64,000 nt of DNA from Octopus vulgaris (lineage: Eukaryota), in the NCBI GenBank assembly GCA_951406725.2, contig OX597819.1, forward strand, positions 9,858,001 to 9,922,000, given 5' to 3'. The notes below the pieces were generated by a model. The model was given only the letters and a program-made list of their open reading frames with translations, was not told where the DNA came from and did no database searches. Shown in pieces: positions 48,734 through 61,070 of the stretch (the first letter of the stretch is position 1; every line of letters begins with the position of its first letter). The position numbers were made by a program, and so were the translations under genes.

Positions 48734-49117
48734 TGGAAGCACTCCGTCGGTTACGACGACGAGGGTTCCGGTTGATCCGATCAACGGAACAGCCTGCTCG
48801 CGAAATTAACGTGTAAGTGGCTGAGCACTCCACAGACACGTGTACCCTTAACGTAGTTCTCGAGGATATTCAGCGTGACACAGAGAGTGACAAGGCCGGC
48901 CCCTTGAAATACAGGTACAACAGAAACAGGAAGTAAGAGTGAGAGAAAGTTGTGGTGAAAGAGTACAGCAGGGATCACCACCATCCCCCGCTGGAGCCTC
49001 GTGGAGCTTTTAGGTGTTTTCGCTCAATAAACACTCACAACGCCCGGTCAGGGAATCGAAACCGCGATCCTATGACCGCGAGTCCGCTGCCCTAACCACT
49101 GGGCCATTGCGCCTCCA
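48734..49117 (-). mobile_element. SINE family A copy
   Basis: Near-identical to 512-897; imperfect TSD gtggccc(t)ctagtg. Confidence 0.9.
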
Positions 49118-49229
49118 CAGTGGCCCTCTAGTGCACAATGTCTGAAAACAGTGCAGATGGTCCTGGCTGAAATACCAGGGAACAATGGAACATTTTCTAC
49201 ACACATACATACATAAATAAACCGTGTAT

Positions 49230-49512
49230 ATTTACCTTTAACCCCCACTAATTTACAAGAGGAAGACGAACAGCAAAATGTCACACAAGAAAGAAATAAC
49301 CACTTTCATAACTTAGTTTTTACATAATAAAAAATAAACCCGTATTATTTTTCACGCCTTCCATTTAAACTTCTCGAGAACATTTTTTTTTTTAAATGCT
49401 TTTGGTTTGTGCTAAGAAATTTGTCCATTTCAAACAATGGGAGGAAAACTGTAACAACTATTAATGAAAGTAGTCGTAGCGCCAAATAAATATTTAATGG
49501 TAGGCGGAAGCA
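49230..49512 (-). promoter_or_regulatory. Candidate proximal promoter and first exon of GTF3C1
   Basis: Donor AAG|GTAAAT at 49235, an E2F-like site TTTGGCGC (49479-49486) and an ETS-like GCGGAAG (49504-49510). CpGs appear more frequent here than in the surrounding sequence. Confidence 0.35.
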
Positions 49513-51478
49513 GTATCACCGTCCTTCACTCCTACCAAGGAAATTCCACGCTAAGTTTCTAGTAGTAGTGCCTCGTTTACCACCAATCGACAAGTGAATA
49601 ATTATGATCGGGTGGACCGGTGCCAAACATTTTTAGATTTACAAGAAAAATACCAGATAGGTCTGTCTCTTTCAGTAATCAGATTACTTTCCCCAAGAAG
49701 CTAGAAGGGTTCAGTGCTTTCCAGAGTTTCTTCAGAAGTGGTTCGTATCATTTGAAAGAAAGGAAGGTCAGGACACATTGGAATGAATAATGTAGTCCGA
49801 CGTACATCATATTGTTAAAAACATCAATAAGCAAAACTTCAATTATCCATTTGGAAGTTTGTGAGAAAATGCTGCACCGTCAACAAACTACACAAAGAAA
49901 GGGAATGGGGGGGGGGGGGCTGAAAATAAAGAACTTATTTACAAATCAAAGTTGTTGCTTTTTGGCTAGATCTTGAGAGAGAAGGTGGGGAGGGTGAAGT
50001 TAACCACAGAAGGATTCGAACTCAGAACAGTGAACAAAACAAAATAACATAAGAAGCTCTTAAACTGCCTTCACTAGATCGAAACAAGTGGGCCCTGCTA
50101 GAAATAGCAGGCAAATCTCCCTCGTGTGAGTGCTTATTGTCGTCTTGAAAATGGAAGTATACGTTGGATTAATACTACTCAACAATCCCCCGTGATGGAT
50201 TGGCTGGGATGGTTTATGACTGGAAGTGGTCGGTTAGGTTTGACCTAGGGTTTAAAACTGCAACACTAAATCATCAAAATTGATTTCTTTGGATTTTGTA
50301 CATGGCCAATTTGTTAAGGCGTAGTTATGAAATTACATTCAGCCGGATGTATTATTACTTCGTCGCTACTCAAAGAACAAATGAAATGGAAACTTTACCT
50401 TGGCGGGGTAAAGTTGACAAGATAAACTGCTTTAAAGTATTTAATCAGATGCCCGACCATTTTCCACAATAAAGGAGTATTTTTGTAAACCAATATTTCT
50501 TACGAAGTAGAATCGAGATGCGAAGAGTAAGAGGTAAGCTCAAGACAAAACTCAGTTTTGATATTTGTAGTATATGAAAAAGATATAAAATTCATCAGAA
50601 CTTCATGCTTCAGCAAGAAATAGCAGCCAAATAGTCAAATCACACACCCTACCATCTTTAAAAAGAAAATCATAATAATATGTGGTTAATACAATCCTAG
50701 ACGTACAACACTTAAAAGCAAGACAGTAACGGTCACAATTGGAACACCTTAGTAGATCATATCTGTCAGACTAGGCTAACCTAGGGTTAAACAACATTAG
50801 CGTCACACAATCCAAATACTCTCAGATAACTGAGAAGTTAAAGTAAATAAACTGCGATTGAAATGCTGATCAATAGTAAATCTGGACACAGAATTCATAT
50901 TTTAGAAAATTCCCAACACATGAAAATGAGAAAGAAAGCGAAAAGAATGATATAATGGTAAAGATATAATGTAATGAATGCTCTTAGGTAAATGGAACAA
51001 TATTGCCAAAGACTTTTCCATAGTTAGGAGCCCCAATAACAGAGAATTGCCGACGTGACAAAGATAAGTACTTATTAAGGACCACACATTGTTGTTGTAA
51101 TAAATATAGGACTGTATGACTTTTGCCGTTTTCGTGATCAGAGGTTATCCATCAATAGATAATCGATTAGCCCTGGTGACTGTCGAGGAAGAAAAGAGAG
51201 AGAAGTGTTCACTTTTCGCGAAGACGAGAAGAGACCACTCCACTTGGTGGAGTGAGTGGTGGACTAGCTTGTAGACTCGATTAACCGTGAGCTAACCTTG
51301 TTCTCACAAGCACCCAGTAATGATATATTACATAATAATAAGTATAGAAATGGTCTGCAAGTTAGATGCAGGTATACTTGCTTATGGGAAAGAGTTTGAA
51401 CTAAATGCGTGAGCGAAAATGAGGGATGTGTAAAAGATATTAGATAAGTTTCGAGTGAATCTGGAAAGGTATGAGTGA

Positions 51479-51511
51479 GAGAGAGAGAGGATAGATAGAT
51501 AGATAGATAGG

Positions 51512-51582
<71 letters not shown>

Positions 51583-51640
51583 GGAGATAGATAGATAGGT
51601 AGGGAGATAGATAGATAGATAGATAGGGAGATAGATAGGG

Positions 51641-51714
<74 letters not shown>

Positions 51715-51733
51715 GTAGGTAGGTAGATAGATA
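51479..51733. repeat. (GATA)n microsatellite
   Basis: Direct inspection. Confidence 0.97.
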
Positions 51734-52183
51734 ATGTGTATGTGCTGTAAATATGTTGGAGTGATGTAGCATTCATAGGTTATTAAAACATAAAGAAAAC
51801 TAGAAACAAAGAAATTCGAAGGCAACAACTAAACGATATGGTGAAAATGCGATAGCAATTATTGCACTAATCACTTTTGACCAGACAGGAAGCCGATTCC
51901 TTTCTACAGAACGATGCGTAGTGGTTTGAAAAGACAATAATTGATTATAGCTACCGAATCCGATGAGATAACCTCAGCAGGATTTGAACACAGGAACAGT
52001 GGAAGTACAACAGTACTGGACGATATATATCAATATCGAAGTCAGCTCTCAACTGCCTTCGCCATTTCCACAGCACTTTCCCATAATGAACCAATAACAA
52101 ATGTAATAACAACACAATAACAACAAGTGTGAGTGAAATAAGCTTTTGTTTCTCTCGTGTAAACACGGGGAAGAATATGATAC

Positions 52184-52548
52184 CTATTTCTTTATTACCC
52201 ACAAGGGGCTGAATACAGAGGGGACAAACAAGGACAGACATAGGTATTAAGTCGATTACATCGACCCCCAGTGCGTAACTGGTACTTAATTTATCGACCC
52301 CCGAAAGGATGAAAGGCAAAGTCGACCTCGGCGGAATTTGAACTCAGGACGTAACGGCAGACGAAATACCTATTTCTTTATTGCCCACAAGGGGCTAAAC
52401 ACAGAGGAGACAAACAAGGACAGACAGACATAGGTATTAAGTCGATTACATCGACCCCAGTGCGTAACTGGTACTTAATTTATCGACCCCCCGAAAGGAT
52501 GAAAGGCAAAGTCGACCTCGGCGGAATTTGAACTCACAACGTAACGGC
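52184..52548 (-). mobile_element. Head-to-tail dimer of 5'-truncated SINE family C
   Basis: Two near-identical units of about 185 bp joined at AAATA|GGTATTTCG. Confidence 0.85.
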
Positions 52549-52655
52549 CGCACAGTGTTCATTCCTTTCCCAAGAACATTAGACAGGTAACGGACAAAAA
52601 AAAGCTTATAGTTATTCCTTTTGGCTATTTTTCTTCTTTCACTCTCTCATCATAT

Positions 52656-52796
52656 AGCGGTTCGGCAAAAAGAGACCGATAGAATAAGTACTGGGCTTAC
52701 AAAAGAATAAGTCCCGGAGTCGATTTGCTCGACTAAAGGCGGTGCTCCAGCACGGCCTCAGTCAAATGACTGAAACAAGTAAAAGAATAAAAGAAT
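52656..52796 (+). mobile_element. SINE family B, 3' fragment
   Basis: Terminal 140 bp of family B. Confidence 0.8.
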
Positions 52797-52797
52797 A

Positions 52798-53038
52798 TAC
52801 ATTCAACAATATTAAGGAATGGCCTTCATATGCCATTCGACCCACTAGAAAGAGCAGCTAAACTCAAACCGCTAAATAGTTTGTAATTCAGAAACCAAAG
52901 GAAAGATGATAAGGGTAAATGTTTTTATTTACCTTTGGTTTCTGAATTACAACTATTTAGCGGTTTGAGTTTAGCTGCTCTTTCTAGTGGGTCGAATGGC
53001 CTATCAAGGGCCATTCCTTAATATTATTGTTGAATGTA
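52798..53038. repeat. Long inverted repeat (arms about 105 bp, spacer 30 bp)
   Basis: 52798-52901 is a near-perfect reverse complement of 52932-53038. Confidence 0.9.
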
Positions 53039-53138
53039 CATTATATAGTCTGTTGACTATTTTTTTCTTTCTCACTGGACCGCTGGTGGCGAAAAATTTC
53101 TCTTGAATTTCTTGCTACCCTGATATTGATTAATTAAT

Positions 53139-53140
<2 letters not shown>

Positions 53141-53182
<42 letters not shown>

Positions 53183-53475
53183 TAGATATAGATAGATATA
53201 GATATATATATAGATAGATAGATAGATATAGATAGATATATATAGATAGATATAGATAGATATATATAGATAGATATATATAGATATATATAGATAGATA
53301 TATATAGATAGATATATATAGATAGATATATAGATAGATATATATAGATATATATATATATAGATATATATATATATATATATATATATAGATATATATA
53401 TATATAGATAGATATATAGATATATATATATATATATATATAGATATATATATATATATAGATATATATATATAT

Positions 53476-53508
<33 letters not shown>

Positions 53509-53564
53509 TATATATATATAGATATATATATATATAGATATATATATATATAGATATATATATA
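53141..53564. repeat. (TA)n/(GATA)n compound microsatellite
   Basis: Direct inspection. Confidence 0.97.
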
Positions 53565-54001
53565 ACAGTAGATAGATAAGAGAAAGAGAACAGTGAATTC
53601 CGAACCTCGACTTACTGATGATATCCTGGGGTCATCTAAGCCATGTCAACATGATCACTATTATTGGTGATAATATACACATTAGTTTGCTTTCCCTCCA
53701 ATTCTCATATTAAATTAAAATCCAATAAACATTAACAACGACAAACAATATTACTGCTACTAATCTTTATTAAAGGTGATCAGATGCCATTGGATTTGAG
53801 TGTTTTTGAACATCACAATAATCTATTAAGAAACTTTGAAAATCCTTCTCAGAGAGTAAAGAGAAATAAAAGTAAGTTGCAATGAATAATAATAAAAATA
53901 ATAATAGCATCTGTAATTTATGTTTTGATTTTCCAGTTTCAGCTCTTGAGCTGTGGCCATGCTGGGGCACCGCCATTTGTGAATTTATTTTTTAAAAAAA
54001 G

Positions 54002-54417
54002 GGCGATCTTTCGTCTCTAGTAGACCTTTCCGTCCATTTCCGTAAAATAATTTATTTTTTTTACATATGGGCTTGCGGGAACTTTTGAAGTAATATACAT
54101 ACATATATACACATACACCGAGTAAAAAATTTCAGTTATCTCTTTCTTTCACACATTACTCTCTCTGTCTCTTCACTTACACAACATACTGTCTGTCTCC
54201 CACACCCCATCAAACACACACACACACACACACATGTACATCAATGCTTCACATGCACGGTAACTTCAAAAGAACTTCCCTCGTCATACAATCCGCTTTC
54301 TCTTAAGTCTCTTTCGCTCTCATTTACTTCAAAAGTTCCCGCAAGCCCATACGTAAAAAAAAAAAATTTTTTTTCACGGAAATCGACGGAAAGGTCTACT
54401 AGAAACGAAAGATTGCC
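54002..54417. mobile_element. Long-TIR foldback/Mutator-like MITE
   Basis: Inverted repeats of about 92 bp (54002-54093 / 54324-54417) with an AT-rich direct repeat aatttattttt(t)aaaaa on both flanks. Confidence 0.75.
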
Positions 54418-54973
54418 AATTTATTTTTAAAAAGTAGTCCAGATTTTATAAAAAGAATGAGAAGAAAATAATAAGAGTAGAGAGTAAAAAAAAGTGAAGT
54501 ACGTGTGTGTGTGTGTGGCAAGAAGGCCATACTGCTAAATTCGATCCACCATACTTGTGGTTCGTAAGTGAAATGTAGCAAACTTCATTTTCTGTGTCTG
54601 GAGTTGAGAATTTTCAGCGGTTTCTTGGAGAGGAATTATTTGAAAAAAAGCCATTTCAAAACATAGCAATGATTATCCGATTAGGTATGGATTAGATTTA
54701 ATGGCTTTGTTTTTAAAGAATGAGAGAAAAATAAACGTCGCTAAATGTATTTATTTATTTATAAAGAAGAGAGAAGCGAAGCGAGCGGTAAGAAGCAGAC
54801 ATTATTAAGCAATGGTCAAGTGAAAGGCGGGTACCAGGACAGTTTAGGGTTGGATTTAATCGAGGAAATTGAGCCCCATAAAACATAATTGCAGGCTCAG
54901 CGTATCAAATATATATTCGTATATTAATTATTAAAGACAATGCATGAATTTGTTTAGTGTAAATCAGTTAAGA

Positions 54974-55585
54974 ACTTACCAAATGAATGGAGATAAATTG
55001 ATAGCATCGAGGAAAATGAGGCCGGATTTGGCGAATGTTCGAAACTACAGCAAGGCCGCTTAGCAGGGGTAATTAGAATAATCTATAATGTATTATCTAG
55101 ATATTCATCAGGGCCAAAGGAAGACAAAAACGGGGGGCAAAATTTAAATATATACACATATGTTCGAAGATATAGCTTTGTTTTATTTCGTACATGAGTC
55201 TTTGTGCGATATAACGCAAGAAAATTTATAAAAACTTAATAAACCAAAAACGTATATTACTTTCACCATTTATATATATATAAGTCGCTTACGTCGTTTA
55301 CAAAGAACTTTTTTGCAAATACAATTTATTTTATTTTATTTTATTTCAAAGCTGATTTTTTTTTCTTTGCAAAAAAGGAATATTTAATAATATTTAATAA
55401 ATATTTGAAACGTCATTGTTTATTAAATATTGTACTTAATTTAAATATTTTTTTTTCCTCCCTTTGTTCTTTTCCCTGAAGAGTTGCGTGTCTTGAAACT
55501 CGTTGCAATTGATTTGACAGAAACGTGGAACCGGTCGCAGCTTTTATTCTCTGTCTTTGCTGTCTTTAACGAAGCCGGTAAATAT
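54974..55585. promoter_or_regulatory. Candidate bidirectional promoter with divergent first exons
   Basis: Minus-strand donor TTG|GTAAGT at 54979 and plus-strand donor CCG|GTAAAT at 55578 each follow a CpG-containing unique segment. About 400 bp of AT-rich spacer separates them. Confidence 0.4.
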
Positions 55586-56789
55586 ATTTTAAATAAATAC
55601 ATCTTTATATAATATTTTAATTTAAATTTAACCAACTAAATCAAAATTTACTAATAATTTTATTATCTGTTTCGTTTCCTTATCAGAATACTTCTTCTTT
55701 CGTTAATTGCTATTCATACATATATATATAGATATCTGCATTCCGAGATACAAATACACGATACTAGTACCCAAATACACATACATATAATATATACGTA
55801 TTATATATATACATATACATACAGAGATGAAAAGGGTAAATGTTTTTTATTTCTCTTTCAATTTCAGAATTACAACTATTTAGCGATTTGAGTTTGGCTG
55901 CTCTTTCTAGTGAGTTGAATGGCCTATTAGGGCCATTCCTTATATTGTTGAATATATACATATATATATATATATAAAATGCTGAGTTTGATTTGAGAAC
56001 ATAATCTTTGTGGAGAATGGCGATTTGACGTCTATATCTAGCATGTTGACTGTCCACTTTTCGTGTTCAGTCCTTAATTGGTATATATATATATATATAA
56101 TCTATCGAAATAATTGTCATAAATTGCTTAAGTACGTATATCCAAAGTATGCTTAAAAGTTCTACCTATTTATAGTGACATAATTCTATCTGTCTTCATA
56201 TGTTGGCCTTAATTAACGAATTCTTACCATTGAGTAACTTGATTCCATCTTCTTGAAAAAAATTATTACTTGCAATGATCATTCCTCGCATGCTTTAATT
56301 ATAAATTTTGATTTGGTTTTCAAATATCACTTAATGATCCTGCAGCACTGTTTAAATATAATCTATTCTATAAAGTAAGGTAAATTGGATCTTTGATAAG
56401 CTAATTTTCAATTTTCCTCGTGGCATTGAATACCTACATCTGTCCGCTGCGGGTTTTTATTTGCTTTAAGAATTTCGTTCCAAGTATTATTACTACTACT
56501 ACTGTAAGGAATGGTGCTCAGAAATGGTCTGGATAGTTTATACTGATCTTACATATAACCAGCAAATTCATATACACACGCAAATACTCATCCAAATATT
56601 GTATTGCGTATTTAAGTGTCACATAGGTGTATGTGTACGCACACACACCCACATAATGTACACATAGATGTAACTATATATATATATATATATATACATC
56701 TATGTTTATTATTCGCTACATATATATACATATGTAGGAGATTAATAATTTGATAAATCTTTGTAATTTAAGTGATGATAAACGTCTAA

Positions 56790-58900
56790 ATACATGAATG
56801 CCCCGGGTTACGGCAGCAATGCGTTCCTCAAACTTGTAATGCAAAATCAATTTTTCCCATTGATTTTCAAAACGACAGCAAAAAAAAAAAAACACAACAC
56901 GACCACTTTTATGGAGGAAAATAATTTTTAAACACAGTACATGTAATATTTTTTAAAAAATGAGAAAAACGTCAGGGAATATAATATATAAGAATCATAA
57001 TATCGTAAAAGGTAAGTTCTTACCACAAAAGATGTTGACTACTCTATGAAGGATGGTGGGAGGATGAGGGACACAATCTTCTAATAGTTCATCAACAGCT
57101 TACTTGGTGGGTGAAAAACTTATGCAAAAATTGTATGATGTTTATAGCGTCTCAGCTTTTTGTACAATTCACTGAAGGAATTGAGTTCATTGTAAACTCC
57201 CGTAATTTTTATGTTACATTCAAAATTAAGTTTATTGTCAGCAAAAACTTGAAAAACCTTCCTCTGTAAGTGCCACCACCCCTTTACCGATGTTCTTTGC
57301 GTTCAGTTTGTCAAGTTGGTGGAATTTTCACATTCTTATTTGTATTCTCAGATTGATTTTTTTGTTCTAAGTACCTCATTAGATAATCTTTCTCTATGGG
57401 ACACTAGCAACCACATCATCCTCTATAACTTCTTCAAACTCTACATCATTTGCCAATATCACAATGTAAGTTGTTTGGAAGTTCTAAGATAACATACCTT
57501 AAAGTTAGCCAGAGAAATGAAGCTTTACTCTTGTGAATATATTCTACCCTCACATTCTGAGAAAACTCATTTAAGTTCATTGGGTGGCTGGGTGCATTTG
57601 TATAAAAGGAGCAATGTTTTGTTGGAAATACTATGTCTAGCACTATAACTTTCACAACAGAACAAAAGAAAACGGGGGTGGGGGGAAAGCTCTTGGTTAT
57701 CCAGGCCTTCTTATTTGAACACCAAGTCAGAGACAAATTTGTATGACCCAAGAAAGCCTTTGGGGTTTTTGGAATGATACCTGTTTAGAAGCGTTAATTT
57801 CATATCGCCAGAGGTATTTCCTCCCAGAAGAAGCCACAGATGATTGCTAGAAGCTTTAAATCCTGGTATTGGTTTCTCTTCTCAAGAAATAAGTTTTAGC
57901 TGACATTAGCGGAGTGGTTGGTGTTAGGAAGGGCATCCAGCTGTAGAAACTCTGCCAGATCAGACTGGAGCCTGGTGCAGGCCCTGGCTTCCCAGACCCC
58001 AGTCGAACCGTCCAACTCATGCTAGCACGGAAAATGGACGTTAAACGATGATGATGATTAGCTTCTAGGAAAGAGCAATTTCATCAACATCGTCTCCTTA
58101 TTCCAGTGTGTATTCCCCTTCAGCAATCACTTCTTTCAGTTCATCATCATCATCGTTTAGCGTCCGTTTTCCATGCTAGCATGGGTTGGACGGTTCAACT
58201 GGGGTCTGTGAAGCCAGAAGGCTTCATCAGGCCCAGTCAGATCTGGCAGTGTTTCTATGGCTGGATGCCCTTCCTAACGCCAACCACTCCGTGAGTGTAG
58301 GGGGTGCTTTTTACGTGCCACCTGCACAGGTGCCAGACAGAGCTGGCAAACGGCCACGAATGGATGGTGCTTTTTATGTGCCACCAGCACGGGGGCCAGG
58401 CGAGGCTGGCAACGGAGTTGCATAGGATAATTAGCAGCAGCTTCTGTATCAGGACTGGCAGCCTCATTTTTGTGTTTTAAAAATTCAAGCATATCTTAAA
58501 TCTTTCAAACCAGTTTTTACTAGCCAGAAATTCGTTTTGCATTACAAATTTCACCTTTGTTTTTTCTGTATAAATCATTAAACAAACCTTTGGCATTTTC
58601 TTAATTACTATGATGTTTATTGATACAATGTGTTGAGTCTGATCCTCAATCCATATAAAGAGTTGCTCCATTTCAAGCATCACATTAGTTTTATACAAAA
58701 AAAAGATCTGAGCTGTTAGAATAACTTCTTGGCACTTCATTTTCTCTTCATTGCCATGTGATGTTCCTACTGTGGACGTTGCAAACTTCAATGTTTTGGC
58801 AATGTAGCTGATTTTTTTCTCCCACTTTTTACATGGGTCTAGTTAAATATCCAGTGTTATACATTTACAGTTCCTTTTCACACCACTACCTTTAGTTTCA
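56790..58900 (-). mobile_element. Tigger/pogo DNA transposon fossil
   Basis: Minus-strand CENP-B HTH 'FLASKNWFERFK' and DDE_1 motifs 'WCSNKKAWIT' and 'NAPSHP'. Tigger-like end near 56790. Confidence 0.78.
57909..58415. mobile_element. Two family D copies in tail-to-tail inverted orientation (57909-58058 plus; 58141-58415 minus) inside the Tigger fossil
   Basis: (GAT)n and (CAT)n tails face each other about 80 bp apart. Confidence 0.8.
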
Positions 58901-58909
58901 CTTGATGGC

Positions 58910-59137
58910 TTAACCCTTTAGTGTTCAGATTATTCTGTCAAATGTGATATTTGTTTATTTATATTGCTTTGAATTAATCCTGCATTATCTTGTAGTTTAG
59001 AGATTGCAGTGATGTGATTTTTCAGTTTTAGAATGATATGGTAGGGCTGAGGTGAGAGGTGAGATCTGGTCAGTTTCAATATAAAACAAGTTAAATATTT
59101 TGGCCGGATATGGTCGGTTTGAATGCTAAAGGGTTAA
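58910..59137. mobile_element. piggyBac-like MITE P1
   Basis: TTAA-CCCTTTAG ... CTAAAGGG-TTAA termini. Confidence 0.85.
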
Positions 59138-59403
59138 ATTGTTTTGTAAGAGTCAAAAATTGTCTTATTCCAGCCATGCCCCTTCCCCCCTACACACACC
59201 CATTATCTGGCCTCTGTCTAAATCCATCTTCCCTGATGCCTACTGCAGGCCCCTCCAATCTCTCTCATGTGCCTATCCACACATATCTAACTTACTCCCA
59301 GCCACTCCAATTTTCCTCACCATCACTTGCTACAGTCATGCCTTCCTATCTCTAAACATCTCTCCTCACACTTTTATAGAACATCACTCTCTATATGACT
59401 TAT

Positions 59404-59710
59404 ACATAAAAAGCACCATCCGAACGTGGCCGATGCCAGCGCCGCCTCGACTGGCTTCTGTGCTGGTGGCACATAAAAAGCACCATCCGAACGTGGCCGA
59501 TGCCAGACTCCCCTGGCACCTGTGCCGGTGGCACGTAAAAAGCACCCACTACACTCGCGGAGTGGTTGGCGTTAGGAAGGGGCATCCAGCTGTAGAAACA
59601 CTGCCAGATCAGACTGGGGCCTGGTGCAGCCCCTGGCTTTCCAGACCCCGGTCGAACTGTCCAACCCGTGCTAGCGCGGAAAACGGACGTTAAACGATGA
59701 TGATGATGAT
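59404..59710 (+). mobile_element. Family D copy
   Basis: Two tandem units, core and (GAT)n tail. Confidence 0.8.
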
Positions 59711-60093
59711 ATGTATATATATATATATTCACACACACAATCAGACAAATAGATGCTCTCCTGATACAAGAGAGAATACAGACACATAATGAGGAAGTGT
59801 AGATGCTTAGAAATGGGTGTAGAGGTGAAAGTAGTTAATGAAGCATGGGTGGACGTATGGTCAGTGGTAAATATCAGTATGGCAAGGGAGGTGGGGGTGA
59901 AAGAATATAAGTGGCTTAAGGAGAAGGATGTGGTAAGTGGGAGTACAGAAAGGAAACAGAACAGCAGAATAATAAACCCGTAGTTAGATCAGTAAATATG
60001 GAGATGATGTGCAGGTTGGAGGAGGGGTTGGAATAACATATACAGTGCTAGAGATTGCTGTTGGGTATGTTAGGGTGGCTATAGTGACTATAG

Positions 60094-60311
60094 AAGGCGG
60101 TGAGCTGGCAGAATCGTTAGCACGCCGGGCAAAATACGTAGCCGTATTTCACCTGCCGTTACCTACTGAGTTCAAATTCCGCCGAGGTCGACTATGTCTT
60201 TCATCCTTTCAGGGTCGATAAATAAAGCACCAGTTACGCACTGGGATCGATGTAATCGACTTAATCCCTTTGTCTGTCCTTGTTTGTCCCCTTGTGGGCA
60301 GTAAAGAAATA
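60094..60311 (+). mobile_element. SINE family C copy
   Basis: Full match; tatagtga occurs on both flanks. Confidence 0.82.
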
Positions 60312-60779
60312 TATAGTGAGGACGGGGGGAAAGGTGAAAGGAAATAGCTGATATAAGAGGGTGACGAGAATGGTAGCAGATAAGAGAGGATGTTACAGAT
60401 AAGGTTATGACAATCCTCAGATGTATCTCATGGAGGCAGAGAATGGGAGGATATTGAAAATGAGGGATGGATGTTAACAGCAAATGGTTCCAGGACGAAT
60501 GGGGAGGTACCTGGTAGCACAAAGGAGGATGAAATATGTTCATATTCTGCTCTCATAACAACTGAGTGGGGCTGTAGTTGGAAAGGTGGATGTTTGGAAG
60601 ATGTGGTGGTGAAGACTTGACTGGGATAGACGTAAACATAGTTCTTTTTTCATTCAGACAGGTTTTTCTCAGGCACAACAATTCAGCATTCATCTCAGTC
60701 CATTGTCATCTCCATGAGGCTCAGTGTTTTGAGATCAGCCTTCCTTTTTTTTTTTTTTTTTTTTTTTTCATCTTGGCCC

Positions 60780-61070
60780 CTCTTGAAGACCCTTGGAAAG
60801 ATAATTGACTGTTTCGATAGCAGAGTGCTGAAAACCATCAGAAGCATCAGATGGTACCATCATGTTTCCAACAAAGAACTGCGCGCACACGTATCAGCCC
60901 ACAGCCTCCCACCTTGTAGCTATCTACTGGTACAGACATGTCCACTGTCTCCCACTAGATCATCCTACCAGGGCTTTACTTTCATTCAATGCAGCAGCTG
61001 TGGGTTGGAAGTGACCCCAAGGCAGGCCCAGCACCCGATGGCTGGACGTGATTGGGGAAGATCTCCAGAT
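60780..61070 (+). pseudogene. RTE ORF2 C-terminal fragment
   Basis: 'DCFDSRVLKTIRSIRWYHHVSNKELR' and 'GRPSTRWLDV'. Confidence 0.65.

Noticed and set aside
51264-51828. 'YLSI' repeat ORFs
   Set aside because: Translation of (GATA)n.
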